Part shown: positions 20,073-29,440 of the stretch, in pieces | Numbering within the stretch: the first letter of the stretch is position 1 | Layout: the number at the start of each line of letters is the position of its first letter | Assembly: GCA_964430105.1 (NCBI GenBank) | Contig: CAYSEF010000001.1 | Span: 82,170-144,578, forward strand | Reading direction: 5' to 3' | DNA: 62,409 nt | From: an uncultured Ruminococcus sp. | GTDB lineage: Bacteria; Bacillota; Clostridia; Oscillospirales; CAG-272 | The notes under the pieces: generated by a model | What the model saw: only the letters and a program-made list of their open reading frames with translations | Database searches by the model: none | Told to the model about the DNA's origin: nothing | Program-made: the position numbers and the translations under genes

Positions 20073-20176
20073 CTTTTCAAAAAATTGCAATTCATAATTT
20101 TGCAGACTCTGAGCAAATTAAAAATATGCGCGGTAAGATGTTTTTAAACGCGTGAGTGAAAGCTGGAGTTGGAATT

Positions 20177-21208
20177 ATGAAGATAAGAATAAAAAAATGG
20201 ATTATATGCTTGTCTGCGTTGGTGTTGATGTTCACGCCCATTGGAGCAGAAAGCATAATTTTAAAAACAAATGCAACTGAACCTGACACAATTTGTATCG
20301 GAGGAATGCCGTTCGGTGTAAAATTTTTTTCACAGGGCATAATAATCGTTGGCTTTACAGAAATTCAAACCGAAAGCGGAGTTGAAACACCTGCATATGA
20401 TGCCGGACTTCGTGTAAATGATGTGATTACCAGAGTAAATGGAGAACCGGTAAAAAATTCTATAGAGCTAATGAATATAGTTGAATCAGCGGATAATAGC
20501 ATTGAGATAACTTACTTGCGAGATGGTGATGAAAATACCGTAACATTTTGCCCATCATTGTGCGTGGCGGATGGAAAACGTAAGACAGGTATGTGGATTC
20601 GTGATACTACAGCCGGCATTGGAACAGTGACATATATAAACCCAAAAACAGGGGAGTTTGCCGGCCTTGGACATGGAATATGTGATAGTGAGAGTGGGGA
20701 ACTCTTGAAAATGGAGCGTGGAACTGTTGTTGATGTTCAAATTTCGGGTATAACGAAAGGCATTTCCGGCTCACCTGGTGAATTGAAAGGATATTTCTCC
20801 TCCGAAAAATCGGGTGTGTTGCTTGGAAATACACTGTGTGGAGTGTACGGAGTATTTGCAGATCTTCCTGAAAATATGATAGATAACTCTGAAACAGAGA
20901 TTGGTTGTCGCGACGAGGTAAAGGAAGGTGCAGCAACAATATGGTGTACACTTGACGATAATATACCACATAAATATTGCATTAATATTGACTCGATCAA
21001 TAGAGAAAGCCAGGATAATCGCAGTTTTTCGATAACTGTGACTGATCCTGAGCTAATTGAAAAAACAGGTGGAATAGTACAGGGAATGTCGGGAAGCCCC
21101 ATTATTCAGGATGGCAAGCTAATCGGAGCGGTGACCCATGTTTTAGTGTCTGATTCGTCACGCGGTTACGGCATTTTTATCGAAAATATGCTGGATGCGG
21201 CGGGATAA
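20177..21208 (+). CDS. spoIVB: SpoIVB peptidase S55 (PDZ domain)
   Basis: GMWIRD.TAGIGTVT, LGHGI.D, TGGIVQGMSGSPIIQDGKLIGAVTHV. Confidence 0.93.
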   Translation: MKIRIKKWIICLSALVLMFTPIGAESIILKTNATEPDTICIGGMPFGVKFFSQGIIIVGFTEIQTESGVETPAYDAGLRVNDVITRVNGEPVKNSIELMNIVESADNSIEITYLRDGDENTVTFCPSLCVADGKRKTGMWIRDTTAGIGTVTYINPKTGEFAGLGHGICDSESGELLKMERGTVVDVQISGITKGISGSPGELKGYFSSEKSGVLLGNTLCGVYGVFADLPENMIDNSETEIGCRDEVKEGAATIWCTLDDNIPHKYCINIDSINRESQDNRSFSITVTDPELIEKTGGIVQGMSGSPIIQDGKLIGAVTHVLVSDSSRGYGIFIENMLDAAG

Positions 21209-21307
21209 TATTTATGCCAGGGGTGAAAGTCTCTGGCATTTTTGTATGGGATGTGTTATAATAAATTTATTGAATTAAAAAAATGTGCGAATCGGAAAAG
21301 TAAAAAA

Positions 21308-21799
21308 ATGGAAAACATAAAAATACGCTATATAGAACAAAAAGACGATAAAGCAATCGCAAAAATTATTCGAGATAACCTCGAAAAATATCATTTGGAT
21401 ATCCCCGGAACAGCTTATTTTGATCCGCAGCTGGACTACTTGAGCCGGTATTATGTAGAGAATTTTAATGAACGGGCTTATTTTATAGCGGAATCTGATA
21501 CAGGAGAAGTAGTTGGCGGAATAGGAATGGAGTTGTTCAGTGGACTTGAAAATTGCGGTGAAATCCAAAAACTATATGTCTCAGAAACAAGAAAAAGACA
21601 AGGTATTGGACAAAGATTGTTGAACAAAATTGAAACCTATGCAAAAGAAGCTGGCATAGAAAAATTGTATTTGGAAACACATTCCAATCTTCGGGAAGCG
21701 ATTCGCTTATATGAAAAAAACGGTTATCATAAAATAAATAAACCTGATGAAGTGGTGCATAGCACAATGGATCTGTTTTATATAAAAGAGTTGGTCTAA
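21308..21799 (+). CDS. GNAT N-acetyltransferase
   Basis: EIQKLYV....RQGIG..LL, LYLET....AI.LYEK.GY. Confidence 0.88.
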   Translation: MENIKIRYIEQKDDKAIAKIIRDNLEKYHLDIPGTAYFDPQLDYLSRYYVENFNERAYFIAESDTGEVVGGIGMELFSGLENCGEIQKLYVSETRKRQGIGQRLLNKIETYAKEAGIEKLYLETHSNLREAIRLYEKNGYHKINKPDEVVHSTMDLFYIKELV

Positions 21800-21849
21800 A
21801 GAATTTTTGAGCCTGTTTCTTCATAGCAATATCTCCCAGTGACAATCAT

Positions 21850-21880
21850 GCATAATTCCATGACTCCTCTGGCAATAATT
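21850..21880 (+). promoter_or_regulatory. SigF-type forespore promoter upstream of the sigG fragment
   Basis: GCATA-16bp-GGCAATAATT matches the SigF consensus GYWTA-(~15)-GGNRAYAMTW; spacer is 1 bp longer than canonical. Confidence 0.6.
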
Positions 21881-21916
21881 AAGACACCAGATCAACAAAG
21901 TCGGAAGGGTATGTGA

Positions 21917-22234
21917 ATGTACTATAATAAGGTTGAAATATGCGGCGTTAACACTGCGAAACTGCCTACGCTTACTTCAGCTGAGAAAAAAGACCTGCTT
22001 CGACGGACTAAAGAAGGGGACATTGAGGCGCGTGAAACTTTGATAGACGGAAATCTGCGATTGGTTTTAAGCATCATCCAGCGATTTACAAACAGAGGCG
22101 AAAACCTTGACGATCTATTCCAAGTTGGTTGTATCGGATTGATCAAAGCTATTGACAATTTTAATACCGAAATTGATGTAGAACTTTCGACTTATGCAGT
22201 CCCAATGAATGTACTAAGTCGAAAGTTAATATGA
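21917..22234 (+). pseudogene. sigG: Interrupted sporulation sigma factor SigG (5' part, about 97 codons, then 8 foreign codons)
   Basis: MYYNKVEICGVNTAKLP.L, GNLRLVLSIIQRF.NRGEN.DDLFQVGCIGLIKAIDNF...STYAVPM is SigG; the expected continuation IIGEIRRYLRD and regions 3-4 are absent. Confidence 0.9.
22182..22227. other. Putative site-specific recombination (att-like) site at the sigG breakpoint
   Basis: AACTTTCGACTTA-20bp-TAAGTCGAAAGTT perfect 13-bp inverted repeat, centred on AA 22204-22205 within CCA ATG. Confidence 0.65.
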
Positions 22235-22812
22235 CAAGAAAAGAAGCACTACAGGCAGCAAAAATAATAGTTTCACAGAGTAACTTTGAGGACTGCTACA
22301 AGAATGAGATAATCGCAATGCTTGAATTGTGTGAAACAGAACTTCCTTTTGCTAAATGGAGTAAGGAAGCAGTGTTTGATGCCTGCGATCAATATTGTAA
22401 AGAGGTTGGAAGAAATTATCTGCGACTTGATGATTTTAGTAAAGCAGAATTGCCATCGCATTCAACTATCAAAAACAGATTCGGCATGACTGCTGCTGAA
22501 TTTCGTGATAAATATTATCCTATTCAAATAATTGATTCGACCGGAAAACAAAGCAGCGAAATGCGCACAGAAGAATTTATAAAATGCTATAATAAGATAA
22601 ACCCAAGCAGTGCAGTTGATTATAATAAACGCCGTACTAAAGGAGCGTGTGTTTGGCAGACTGTGGCTAAGATCAATGGAGTTACTACATGGAAACAACT
22701 GTTAAATAAATTCGGATTATCACATCAATCAAATAAAATAATATATACCGTAAACAGCTCATCACGTTCAGGAACAGTGGAATACATAAAGAACGTCTTA
22801 CAAACAAAATAA
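22231..22812 (+). CDS. Hypothetical protein with two homing-endonuclease-associated-like helical repeats
   Basis: WSKEAV...LPSHSTIKNRFG and ...WQTVAK..GVTTWKQLL.KFGL repeats; ATGA overlap with the sigG-fragment stop. Confidence 0.55.
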   Translation: MTRKEALQAAKIIVSQSNFEDCYKNEIIAMLELCETELPFAKWSKEAVFDACDQYCKEVGRNYLRLDDFSKAELPSHSTIKNRFGMTAAEFRDKYYPIQIIDSTGKQSSEMRTEEFIKCYNKINPSSAVDYNKRRTKGACVWQTVAKINGVTTWKQLLNKFGLSHQSNKIIYTVNSSSRSGTVEYIKNVLQTK

Positions 22813-22817
22813 TAAAA

Positions 22818-22859
22818 AAGAGGCTACTTGCATTTTCGGAAATTTCTTCCTTAGTGCGA
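22818..22859 (+). repeat. REP-like hairpin repeat, copy 2 (truncated by the duplication junction)
   Basis: AAGAGGCTACTTGCATTTTCGGAAATTTCTTCCTTAGTGCGA, 3' arm missing. Confidence 0.85.
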
Positions 22860-22873
22860 ATGAGATAATCGCA

Positions 22874-23368
22874 ATGCTTGAATTGTGTGAAACAGAACTT
22901 CCTTTTGCTAAATGGAGTAAGGAAGCAGTGTTTGATGCCTGCGATCAATATTGTAAAGAGGTTGGAAGAAATTATCTGCGACTTGATGATTTTAGTAAAG
23001 CAGAATTGCCATCGCATTCAACTATCAAAAACAGATTCGGCATGACTGCTGCTGAATTTCGTGATAAATATTATCCTATTCAAATAATTGATTCGACCGG
23101 AAAACAAAGCAGCGAAATGCGCACAGAAGAATTTATAAAATGCTATAATAAGATAAACCCAAGCAGTGCAGTTGATTATAATAAACGCCGTACTAAAGGA
23201 GCGTGTGTTTGGCAGACTGTGGCTAAGATCAATGGAGTTACTACATGGAAACAACTGTTAAATAAATTCGGATTATCACATCAATCAAATAAAATAATAT
23301 ATACCGTAAACAGCTCATCACGTTCAGGAACAGTGGAATACATAAAGAACGTCTTACAAACAAAATAA
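22874..23368 (+). pseudogene. 5'-truncated duplicate of 22231..22812 (lacks the first 29 aa)
   Basis: Identical 164-aa C-terminal part inside the second repeat unit. Confidence 0.85.
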
Positions 23369-23373
23369 TAAAA

Positions 23374-23425
23374 AAGAGGCTACTTGCATTTTCGGAAATT
23401 TCTTCCTTAGTGCGAGTAGCCTCTT
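23374..23425 (+). repeat. REP-like hairpin repeat, copy 3
   Basis: AAGAGGCTACTTGCATTTTCGGAAATTTCTTCCTTAGTGCGAGTAGCCTCTT. Confidence 0.9.
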
Positions 23426-23440
23426 GTGCATTGTTTTTTG

Positions 23441-25198
23441 TTATGCTATTGAGTATTTGGATGTATATTCTTTGAAATAGCGTTCAAATTCAGGGTCGCC
23501 TGACTTCACAGCACGAAGTGATTCGTGAATATTTAAGTTTCTGTCAGTGCGTCGATTAGCCATATCTATCAGACAGCCTGCAATGTTTGAACAGTGGTCA
23601 GAGGTTCTTTCAAGCGCAGTGAGTATATCAGACCATATGAAGCCTGCCTCAATACTGCATCCGCCTTGCTGGAGACGGAATATGTGACGTGTGCGAAGCT
23701 GTTCTTTGAGTAGATCAATTACCTGTTCGAGAGGCTCTACTTTAGAAGCTGCTTCAAGATCATCGTTGATGAGTGCCGAAAGTGTTAGATTGAGAATCTC
23801 ATCAGCAGCACCCATAATCGAATGAAGCTCATCATAAGCTGATTTTGAAAATGCAAGGTCTTTATCGTGAATTTCTTCTGCTGATGCAACAATTTCAACA
23901 GCATGGTCAGAAATTCTTTCAAAGTCACCGATAATACAAAGGAGTTTAGCAGCCTCTGCTGAATTATCTTCACTGATTTGAAGCGCACTAAGCTTTACAA
24001 GGTATGTGCCAAGCATATCTTCGTAATCATCAGTCTTGTCTTCTGCATCACGAACAGAATTTGCAATATCAGAATCGTACTTTTCCAAAACAGAGAGAGA
24101 GTTCTTGAACGCATTAACAGCGCACTGAGCCATATCATTTGTGACAGTGTGGCAACGTTCAAGTGCGAGCGGAGGAGTTGTCAGAAGACGTTCATCAAGC
24201 TCTGTGGTGTGTTCAGGCTCTTTTGCATCGGGAATAAGCTTGATTGCGAGCTTTTCAAGGAGTCCTGAAAGGGGAAGAAGTATTATAAGGCAAGCAATAT
24301 TAAAGATGGAGTGTGAAACTGCAATGCCAAAGCTGGAAGCGGATGTATCAAGGAAAGCGGGCTTTACTACAGCTTGGAATATTGAGAATACAGTAAGCCA
24401 AATTGCGGTACCTATTACGTTGAAAGAAAGGTGTACAAGTGAAGCACGCTTTGCATTTTTTGTAGCACCGATCGAAGAAAGAATAGCAGTGATACAAGTA
24501 CCGATATTCTGACCCATGATAATCGGGATAGCTGCACCAAACGAAACCTTACCTGTAACAGCAAGTGCCTGAAGAATACCGACAGAGGCAGAAGAGGATT
24601 GGATAATTGCTGTAAGTATAGCACCTGCAAGAACGCCGAGAATCGGGTTTTTGAACAAAATGAACAGCTCTGCAAATTCCGGAATATTTTTAAGACCTGA
24701 AACAGCACCTGACATTGTGTCCATACCGAACATCAGTGTTGCGAAACCAAGAAGGATCATACCGGTATCTTTCTTTTTGCCACTCTTGCAGAACATATAG
24801 AATATTATACCGATGAGCGCGAGAATAGGAGTAAACGATGTGGGTTTAAGAAGTTTGATAAAGATATTGTCACTGCTGATAGCACCAAGTGAGAGTATCC
24901 ATGCTGTAACTGTAGTACCGACGTTGGCACCCATAATAACATTGATAGACTGACTGAGGGTCATAAGACCTGAGTTAACAAAGCCGACAACCATTACGGT
25001 GGTAGCGGAAGAGGACTGAATTATAGCTGTAACACCAAGACCGGTAAGCATTCCTGCCAGCTTGTTTGTGGTAAGCTTGCCCAAAAGTGTACGAAGGGTA
25101 TCACCGGCACGGCGTTCGAGAGCCTGTCCCATAATGTTCATTCCAAATAAGAACAAACATAGACCGCCTATCATGTTTAAGAAGTCAAATAAATCCAT
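23441..25198 (-). CDS. Na+/Pi cotransporter with PhoU-like C-terminal domains
   Basis: Two QSSSA repeats, GAN(I/V)GT, FERISDH / LERTSDH PhoU-like motifs. Confidence 0.92.
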   Translation of the reverse strand: MDLFDFLNMIGGLCLFLFGMNIMGQALERRAGDTLRTLLGKLTTNKLAGMLTGLGVTAIIQSSSATTVMVVGFVNSGLMTLSQSINVIMGANVGTTVTAWILSLGAISSDNIFIKLLKPTSFTPILALIGIIFYMFCKSGKKKDTGMILLGFATLMFGMDTMSGAVSGLKNIPEFAELFILFKNPILGVLAGAILTAIIQSSSASVGILQALAVTGKVSFGAAIPIIMGQNIGTCITAILSSIGATKNAKRASLVHLSFNVIGTAIWLTVFSIFQAVVKPAFLDTSASSFGIAVSHSIFNIACLIILLPLSGLLEKLAIKLIPDAKEPEHTTELDERLLTTPPLALERCHTVTNDMAQCAVNAFKNSLSVLEKYDSDIANSVRDAEDKTDDYEDMLGTYLVKLSALQISEDNSAEAAKLLCIIGDFERISDHAVEIVASAEEIHDKDLAFSKSAYDELHSIMGAADEILNLTLSALINDDLEAASKVEPLEQVIDLLKEQLRTRHIFRLQQGGCSIEAGFIWSDILTALERTSDHCSNIAGCLIDMANRRTDRNLNIHESLRAVKSGDPEFERYFKEYTSKYSIA

Positions 25199-25280
25199 AG
25201 CATTTACCTTTCATCAAAGAAATATCAATTTAATGCAAAATAATTATACCTGCTCTACATCAAATCCATAATCAAAAGTC

Positions 25281-25297
25281 TGTAAAATCTATGTAAA
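25281..25297 (-). promoter_or_regulatory. Pho box upstream of the Na/Pi cotransporter
   Basis: TTTACA direct repeats at 11-bp period (PhoP consensus TT[A/T/C]ACA). Confidence 0.7.
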
Positions 25298-25342
25298 ATG
25301 GGGCGATTTTTTTCAAACCACCCCATTTTTATGTATTAAATT

Positions 25343-26998
25343 TTATTTCGGGAATACAACTGTTATCTCAGTACCTTCACCTACACGACTGGAAACACTT
25401 ATCTGTGCATTGTGAACCTTCGCTGCGTGTTTTACTATGGAAAGACCAAGACCTGTTCCGCCAACCTCTTTGGAATGACTTTTATCAACACGGTAGAATC
25501 TCTCAAAAATTCTATCAATATGTTCAGCCGGAATACCAATGCCGGTGTCGCTGACTTTAATGCTTACTGCGCTTTCAGACTCACTGACAGAAACACGAAC
25601 CTCTCCGCCTGCACGATTATACTTGATTGAGTTGTCACAAAGATTGAATATTATCGCACGAATAAGCTGAGGTATTCCTGTGACAGAAATGTTTTTTCCC
25701 TCTCGTATTAAAGTAACCTTTGCAAGTTCAGCAGCTGATGCAAGATTAGAGAATACCTCATCTATGATAGAAGCAAGATCACATTCTTCATGGGTTACAC
25801 CATCCGCACCACCGTCAAGCTGAGATAAATGTAGGATGTCTTCTACAAGACTGATCATTCTCTGAGCTTCTGCATAAATTTTTTCGGAAAATGCTCCGAT
25901 ATCTTCTGCACGAACTATTCCGTTAGCCATAAGCTCTGCATACCCTGATATGGAATGAAGCGGAGTTTTCAGTTCGTGTGAAACATTTGCAGTAAATTCA
26001 CGTCTAAGCTGTTCCGCACTGGCTTTTTCAGTCACGTCAAATAAGAGAAGTGCTACGCCGGAAACTTGATTATCGGAAATAATAGGGCTTGCATCCAGCT
26101 CGTAGCTTCTTCCACCAAGATTAAGCATTTTTTCTGAATGTATACCTTTGTTTGCTTCGCTTAATACATCCTCTATCTCGTTAGAGTGACTAAAATCGAG
26201 TATACTGTAGCCAATGTATCTCAAGTTTATTCCGAGAACTTTAGATGCTGCGGAATTCATTGATAGGATAGTGCCTTTTTTGCCAAGTAATATCAATCCT
26301 TCATTCATATGAGCTGTAGCAGCATCAAACTCATCCTGCTTGCGTTGAAGCTCAGATTTTTGAAACCGGAGCTGTTGTTGTTGAGTGTCAATACGCTTGA
26401 GAAGGGGAGTAAGTTCTTCGTACATATCATTTGACAAAGGTTCATTGAGATTAAGGTCGTTCAGTGGTTGTACAACATAACGTGATAATCTGTATGCAAG
26501 CGCAAGTGATAAAGATATTGCAGCCAGTATTATAAGACATATAGGCTGAAGCATACCCAAAATCAACGTAATTACAGTGTATTGTTCGCTTGAAAGACGT
26601 ATTATCGTTCCATCAGGAAGCTTTGATGCGGAATATATGTATCTTTCGGTTAGCGTAGTAGAATAGCGAGAGCTTTCTCCGTAACCTGTCTGCATTGCTT
26701 CACGAATTTCTTCACGTTCCAAATGATTTTCCATTGTGGAGACATCTGTAGTCGTGTCATAAATTACAGTGCCGTCAGTGTCAATCCAAGTGGTACGGTA
26801 TTCTGATGTATTTATCTCGTCAAAAAACGAAATACCCTCGAGAGAAACACTGTGTGCGGTAAGTTCACAATGCACTTTAAGCTGATTTAACTGTACATGT
26901 GAATAGAAATCATATAATACGCCCATGATAAGCAATAATGAAGCAAGAAATACTGCCAGCGTTGCAACAAGTATTGAAATAAAAATTCGTTTAGTCAT
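25343..26998 (-). CDS. phoR: PhoR-like PAS sensor histidine kinase
   Basis: EFTANVSHELKTPL, NL.DN.IKYN, DTGIGIP, FERFYRVDKS, GGTGLGL. Confidence 0.85.
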   Translation of the reverse strand: MTKRIFISILVATLAVFLASLLLIMGVLYDFYSHVQLNQLKVHCELTAHSVSLEGISFFDEINTSEYRTTWIDTDGTVIYDTTTDVSTMENHLEREEIREAMQTGYGESSRYSTTLTERYIYSASKLPDGTIIRLSSEQYTVITLILGMLQPICLIILAAISLSLALAYRLSRYVVQPLNDLNLNEPLSNDMYEELTPLLKRIDTQQQQLRFQKSELQRKQDEFDAATAHMNEGLILLGKKGTILSMNSAASKVLGINLRYIGYSILDFSHSNEIEDVLSEANKGIHSEKMLNLGGRSYELDASPIISDNQVSGVALLLFDVTEKASAEQLRREFTANVSHELKTPLHSISGYAELMANGIVRAEDIGAFSEKIYAEAQRMISLVEDILHLSQLDGGADGVTHEECDLASIIDEVFSNLASAAELAKVTLIREGKNISVTGIPQLIRAIIFNLCDNSIKYNRAGGEVRVSVSESESAVSIKVSDTGIGIPAEHIDRIFERFYRVDKSHSKEVGGTGLGLSIVKHAAKVHNAQISVSSRVGEGTEITVVFPK

Positions 26999-27669
26999 TA
27001 CTGCTTCTCCAGACGATAACCAACTCCACGAACAGTTTCAATATAAGCACCGGCAGAACCAAGCTTAGTTCTGAGAGTACCGATGTGTACGTCAACCGTG
27101 CGTGTTTCGCCTGCAAAATCCGCCTCCCAAATTTTTGAGAGAAGCTGTTCACGGGTGAAAACACGTCCGATATTTTCAAGGAAAAGTCTGAGTAGCTCAA
27201 ATTCCTTGAGTGTCAGCTGAATTCTATCGCCATGGATAGAAACAGTATGCTCACGCAGATTCATTTCTATCTCACCAATGCGTAGAATCCGATCTTCGTT
27301 TTTTGCTTCAGTACGACGCAGTACAGCCTTGATGCGCGAAACCATTTCCATCATACCAAAGGGCTTTGTAAGATAATCGTCAGCACCAAGGTCAAGACCT
27401 ATAACCTTATCATATTCTGTGCCTTTAGCTGTAGCCATAATTATAGGAAGATTTGCCGTAGCTACACCGGAACGCAGTTTTTTTAGTATTGAAATTCCAT
27501 CTTCACCGGGCAACATTATGTCAAGAATAACAAGCTTCGGAACCTCGATGGCTAAGGCTTTGAAAAATTCTGCACCGTCAGGGAATCCAACCGCCTCAAA
27601 TCCAGAAGCATTTAGGGTATATATCATCAAATCTCGAATGCTCGCATCGTCTTCAACGCAATATATCAT
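26998..27669 (-). CDS. phoP: PhoP/PhoB-like OmpR-family response regulator
   Basis: VEDD, LDIMLPG, GADDY.TKPF, TRTVDVHI..LR.KL, ETVRGVGY. Confidence 0.85.
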   Translation of the reverse strand: MIYCVEDDASIRDLMIYTLNASGFEAVGFPDGAEFFKALAIEVPKLVILDIMLPGEDGISILKKLRSGVATANLPIIMATAKGTEYDKVIGLDLGADDYLTKPFGMMEMVSRIKAVLRRTEAKNEDRILRIGEIEMNLREHTVSIHGDRIQLTLKEFELLRLFLENIGRVFTREQLLSKIWEADFAGETRTVDVHIGTLRTKLGSAGAYIETVRGVGYRLEKQ

Positions 27670-27737
27670 AAAAACACATCCTTTCTATTGTCCATTATCA
27701 TTTTAATTCCGAAAGGTAAGATGAGTAACCGTATTTA

Positions 27738-27754
27738 TGTAAAATTCTTGTAAA
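27738..27754 (-). promoter_or_regulatory. Pho box upstream of phoP (autoregulation)
   Basis: Second TTTACA-N5-TTTACA pair at 11-bp period. Confidence 0.7.
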
Positions 27755-27869
27755 ATAATATTCAATAAATAAATTATACCATAAAAAATGTCGTCCGGAG
27801 CATATTGATGCAACATTAAAGAAAAAACCTCCCATGTTTTGCACAGGAGGTGATTTTTTCTGTTAGATT

Positions 27870-28673
27870 TTAGAAAATCGGAACAACAGCACCGTTGTAA
27901 GAATTGTTGATGTAGTCACGGATAGCATCACTTGTAATAACTTCAACGAGAGCCTGGATCTTGGGATCGTTTTCGTTTCCTTCGTTTACAACAAGAACAT
28001 TTACATATGTCTGAGCAGCTTCGGATTCAGCAGTTTCTGCTGCAAGGGAAGAGTTTACGTCAAGACCTGCTGCAAGAGCGTAGTTACCATTGATAACTGC
28101 GAATGCAACTTCATCGAGCTGGTTAGGAAGAAGTGCAGCTTCCATTTCACGGATGTCGAGGTTCTTGGGATTGGAAACGATGTCTTTCTTTGTAGCAGTC
28201 AAACCTGCACCGTCACGAATTTCAATAAGACCGTTTGCTTCAAGGAGAAGGAGTGCGCGAGCTTCGTTGGTTGAATCGTTCGGAACTGCGATAACAGCAC
28301 CATCTTCGATAGCATCAATAGAAGTGCAGGTTCCGGCGTATATTGCGTACGGTTCGTAGTGAACTCTTGCAACAGCAACAAGCTTTGTGTTGTTTTCTGC
28401 ATTGAACTGATCGAGGTAGGGCTGATGCTGGAAGTAGTTTGCATCAACGTCACCACTGTCGGTAGAAGTGTTGGGAGTGATGTAATCATCCATTACCTTG
28501 ATTTCAAGTGTGTAGCCTTTTTCGGAGAGGGCTGACTTGCATTGTTCGAGAATTTCTGCGTGAGGTGTAGAGCTTGCTGCAACAACGATTGTGTTGTCAT
28601 CTGATGCACCACATGAAGCGAGCACAAAGGTGCATAAAACAGCTGCGAGTAAAAGAGCGAGAATTTTTTTCAT
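27870..28673 (-). CDS. metQ: Methionine ABC transporter substrate-binding lipoprotein
   Basis: Lipobox LASC, PHAEIL, DANYFQH.PYL, PND.TNEARAL, AVINGNYA. Confidence 0.92.
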   Translation of the reverse strand: MKKILALLLAAVLCTFVLASCGASDDNTIVVAASSTPHAEILEQCKSALSEKGYTLEIKVMDDYITPNTSTDSGDVDANYFQHQPYLDQFNAENNTKLVAVARVHYEPYAIYAGTCTSIDAIEDGAVIAVPNDSTNEARALLLLEANGLIEIRDGAGLTATKKDIVSNPKNLDIREMEAALLPNQLDEVAFAVINGNYALAAGLDVNSSLAAETAESEAAQTYVNVLVVNEGNENDPKIQALVEVITSDAIRDYINNSYNGAVVPIF

Positions 28674-28750
28674 GATTTTTCTCCTTGTTTTGGAATATAT
28701 TTTTCGGGAGGATGCTGTTTGAAAAGAACCGACCCGATTTTAACATTAAA

Positions 28751-29440
28751 TTATTTGTTTCTGATACGCTTGTCTGTTCGTCTTGCCAGTCTGCTGAGAA
28801 CTTCCTGGAATATCTGAACGAGTACAATAAGAAGAAGGGACGATATGTACATGATGTTGTCATTGAATCGATACAGACCATACTGAATAGCCAGCTGACC
28901 TAATCCACCACCAGCAACAAGATATGTCATAGGTGTGTAGCTTAGTATAGTTGTAATAACTATCGCACTACCGGTAATAAGAGATGGCTTTGCCTCAGGA
29001 ATGAGTACTTTAGTAATGATCTGCCAATTATTGGAACCCATTGATTGAGCGGCTTCGATAACGCCACGATCAACTTCTTTGAGCGAGGATTCAACCATTC
29101 GTGCAATATATGGTCCTGCGGCAATAACGAGATAGAAAATAAACGCATTATTGCCAATTTTTGTACCAACAAATACCTTTGCAAGAGGCTGAATCATAAC
29201 GAGTACAATAATAAATGGAATAGAACGGACAATATTCACGATAAAGCCAACAATGGAATTAAGTGCCTTGTTCGGGAAAATGCTGTCTTTTGATGTACAG
29301 TAGAGAAGTACACCGAGTGGAAGTCCGATGATATAAGCGAGTAAGGTACTTATTATGGTAATCTGCAATGTTATAAGTATTGCTTCACCGTACATTGAAA
29401 GCATTCCGTTTCCAAAAGCTTCTGTTAAAAATTCTTTCAT
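28751..29440 (-). CDS. metI: Methionine ABC transporter permease
   Basis: RSIPFII, R.VESSL.EVD.GVIEAA.SMG, GGGGLG-like motif. Confidence 0.9.
   Translation of the reverse strand: MKEFLTEAFGNGMLSMYGEAILITLQITIISTLLAYIIGLPLGVLLYCTSKDSIFPNKALNSIVGFIVNIVRSIPFIIVLVMIQPLAKVFVGTKIGNNAFIFYLVIAAGPYIARMVESSLKEVDRGVIEAAQSMGSNNWQIITKVLIPEAKPSLITGSAIVITTILSYTPMTYLVAGGGLGQLAIQYGLYRFNDNIMYISSLLLIVLVQIFQEVLSRLARRTDKRIRNK

Larger units (their letters stand above)
22302..23415 (+). repeat. 556-bp tandem duplication (22302-22857 / 22858-23413) with 2-bp GA microhomology
   Basis: No differences seen between units at offset 556; identical translated segments; junction TAGTGCGA|ATGAGAT. Confidence 0.95.

Noticed and set aside
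22208-23430. Group I/II intron or intein interrupting sigG
   Set aside because: No reverse transcriptase, no GUGYG 5' end or domain V, no in-frame intein, and no downstream exon visible.
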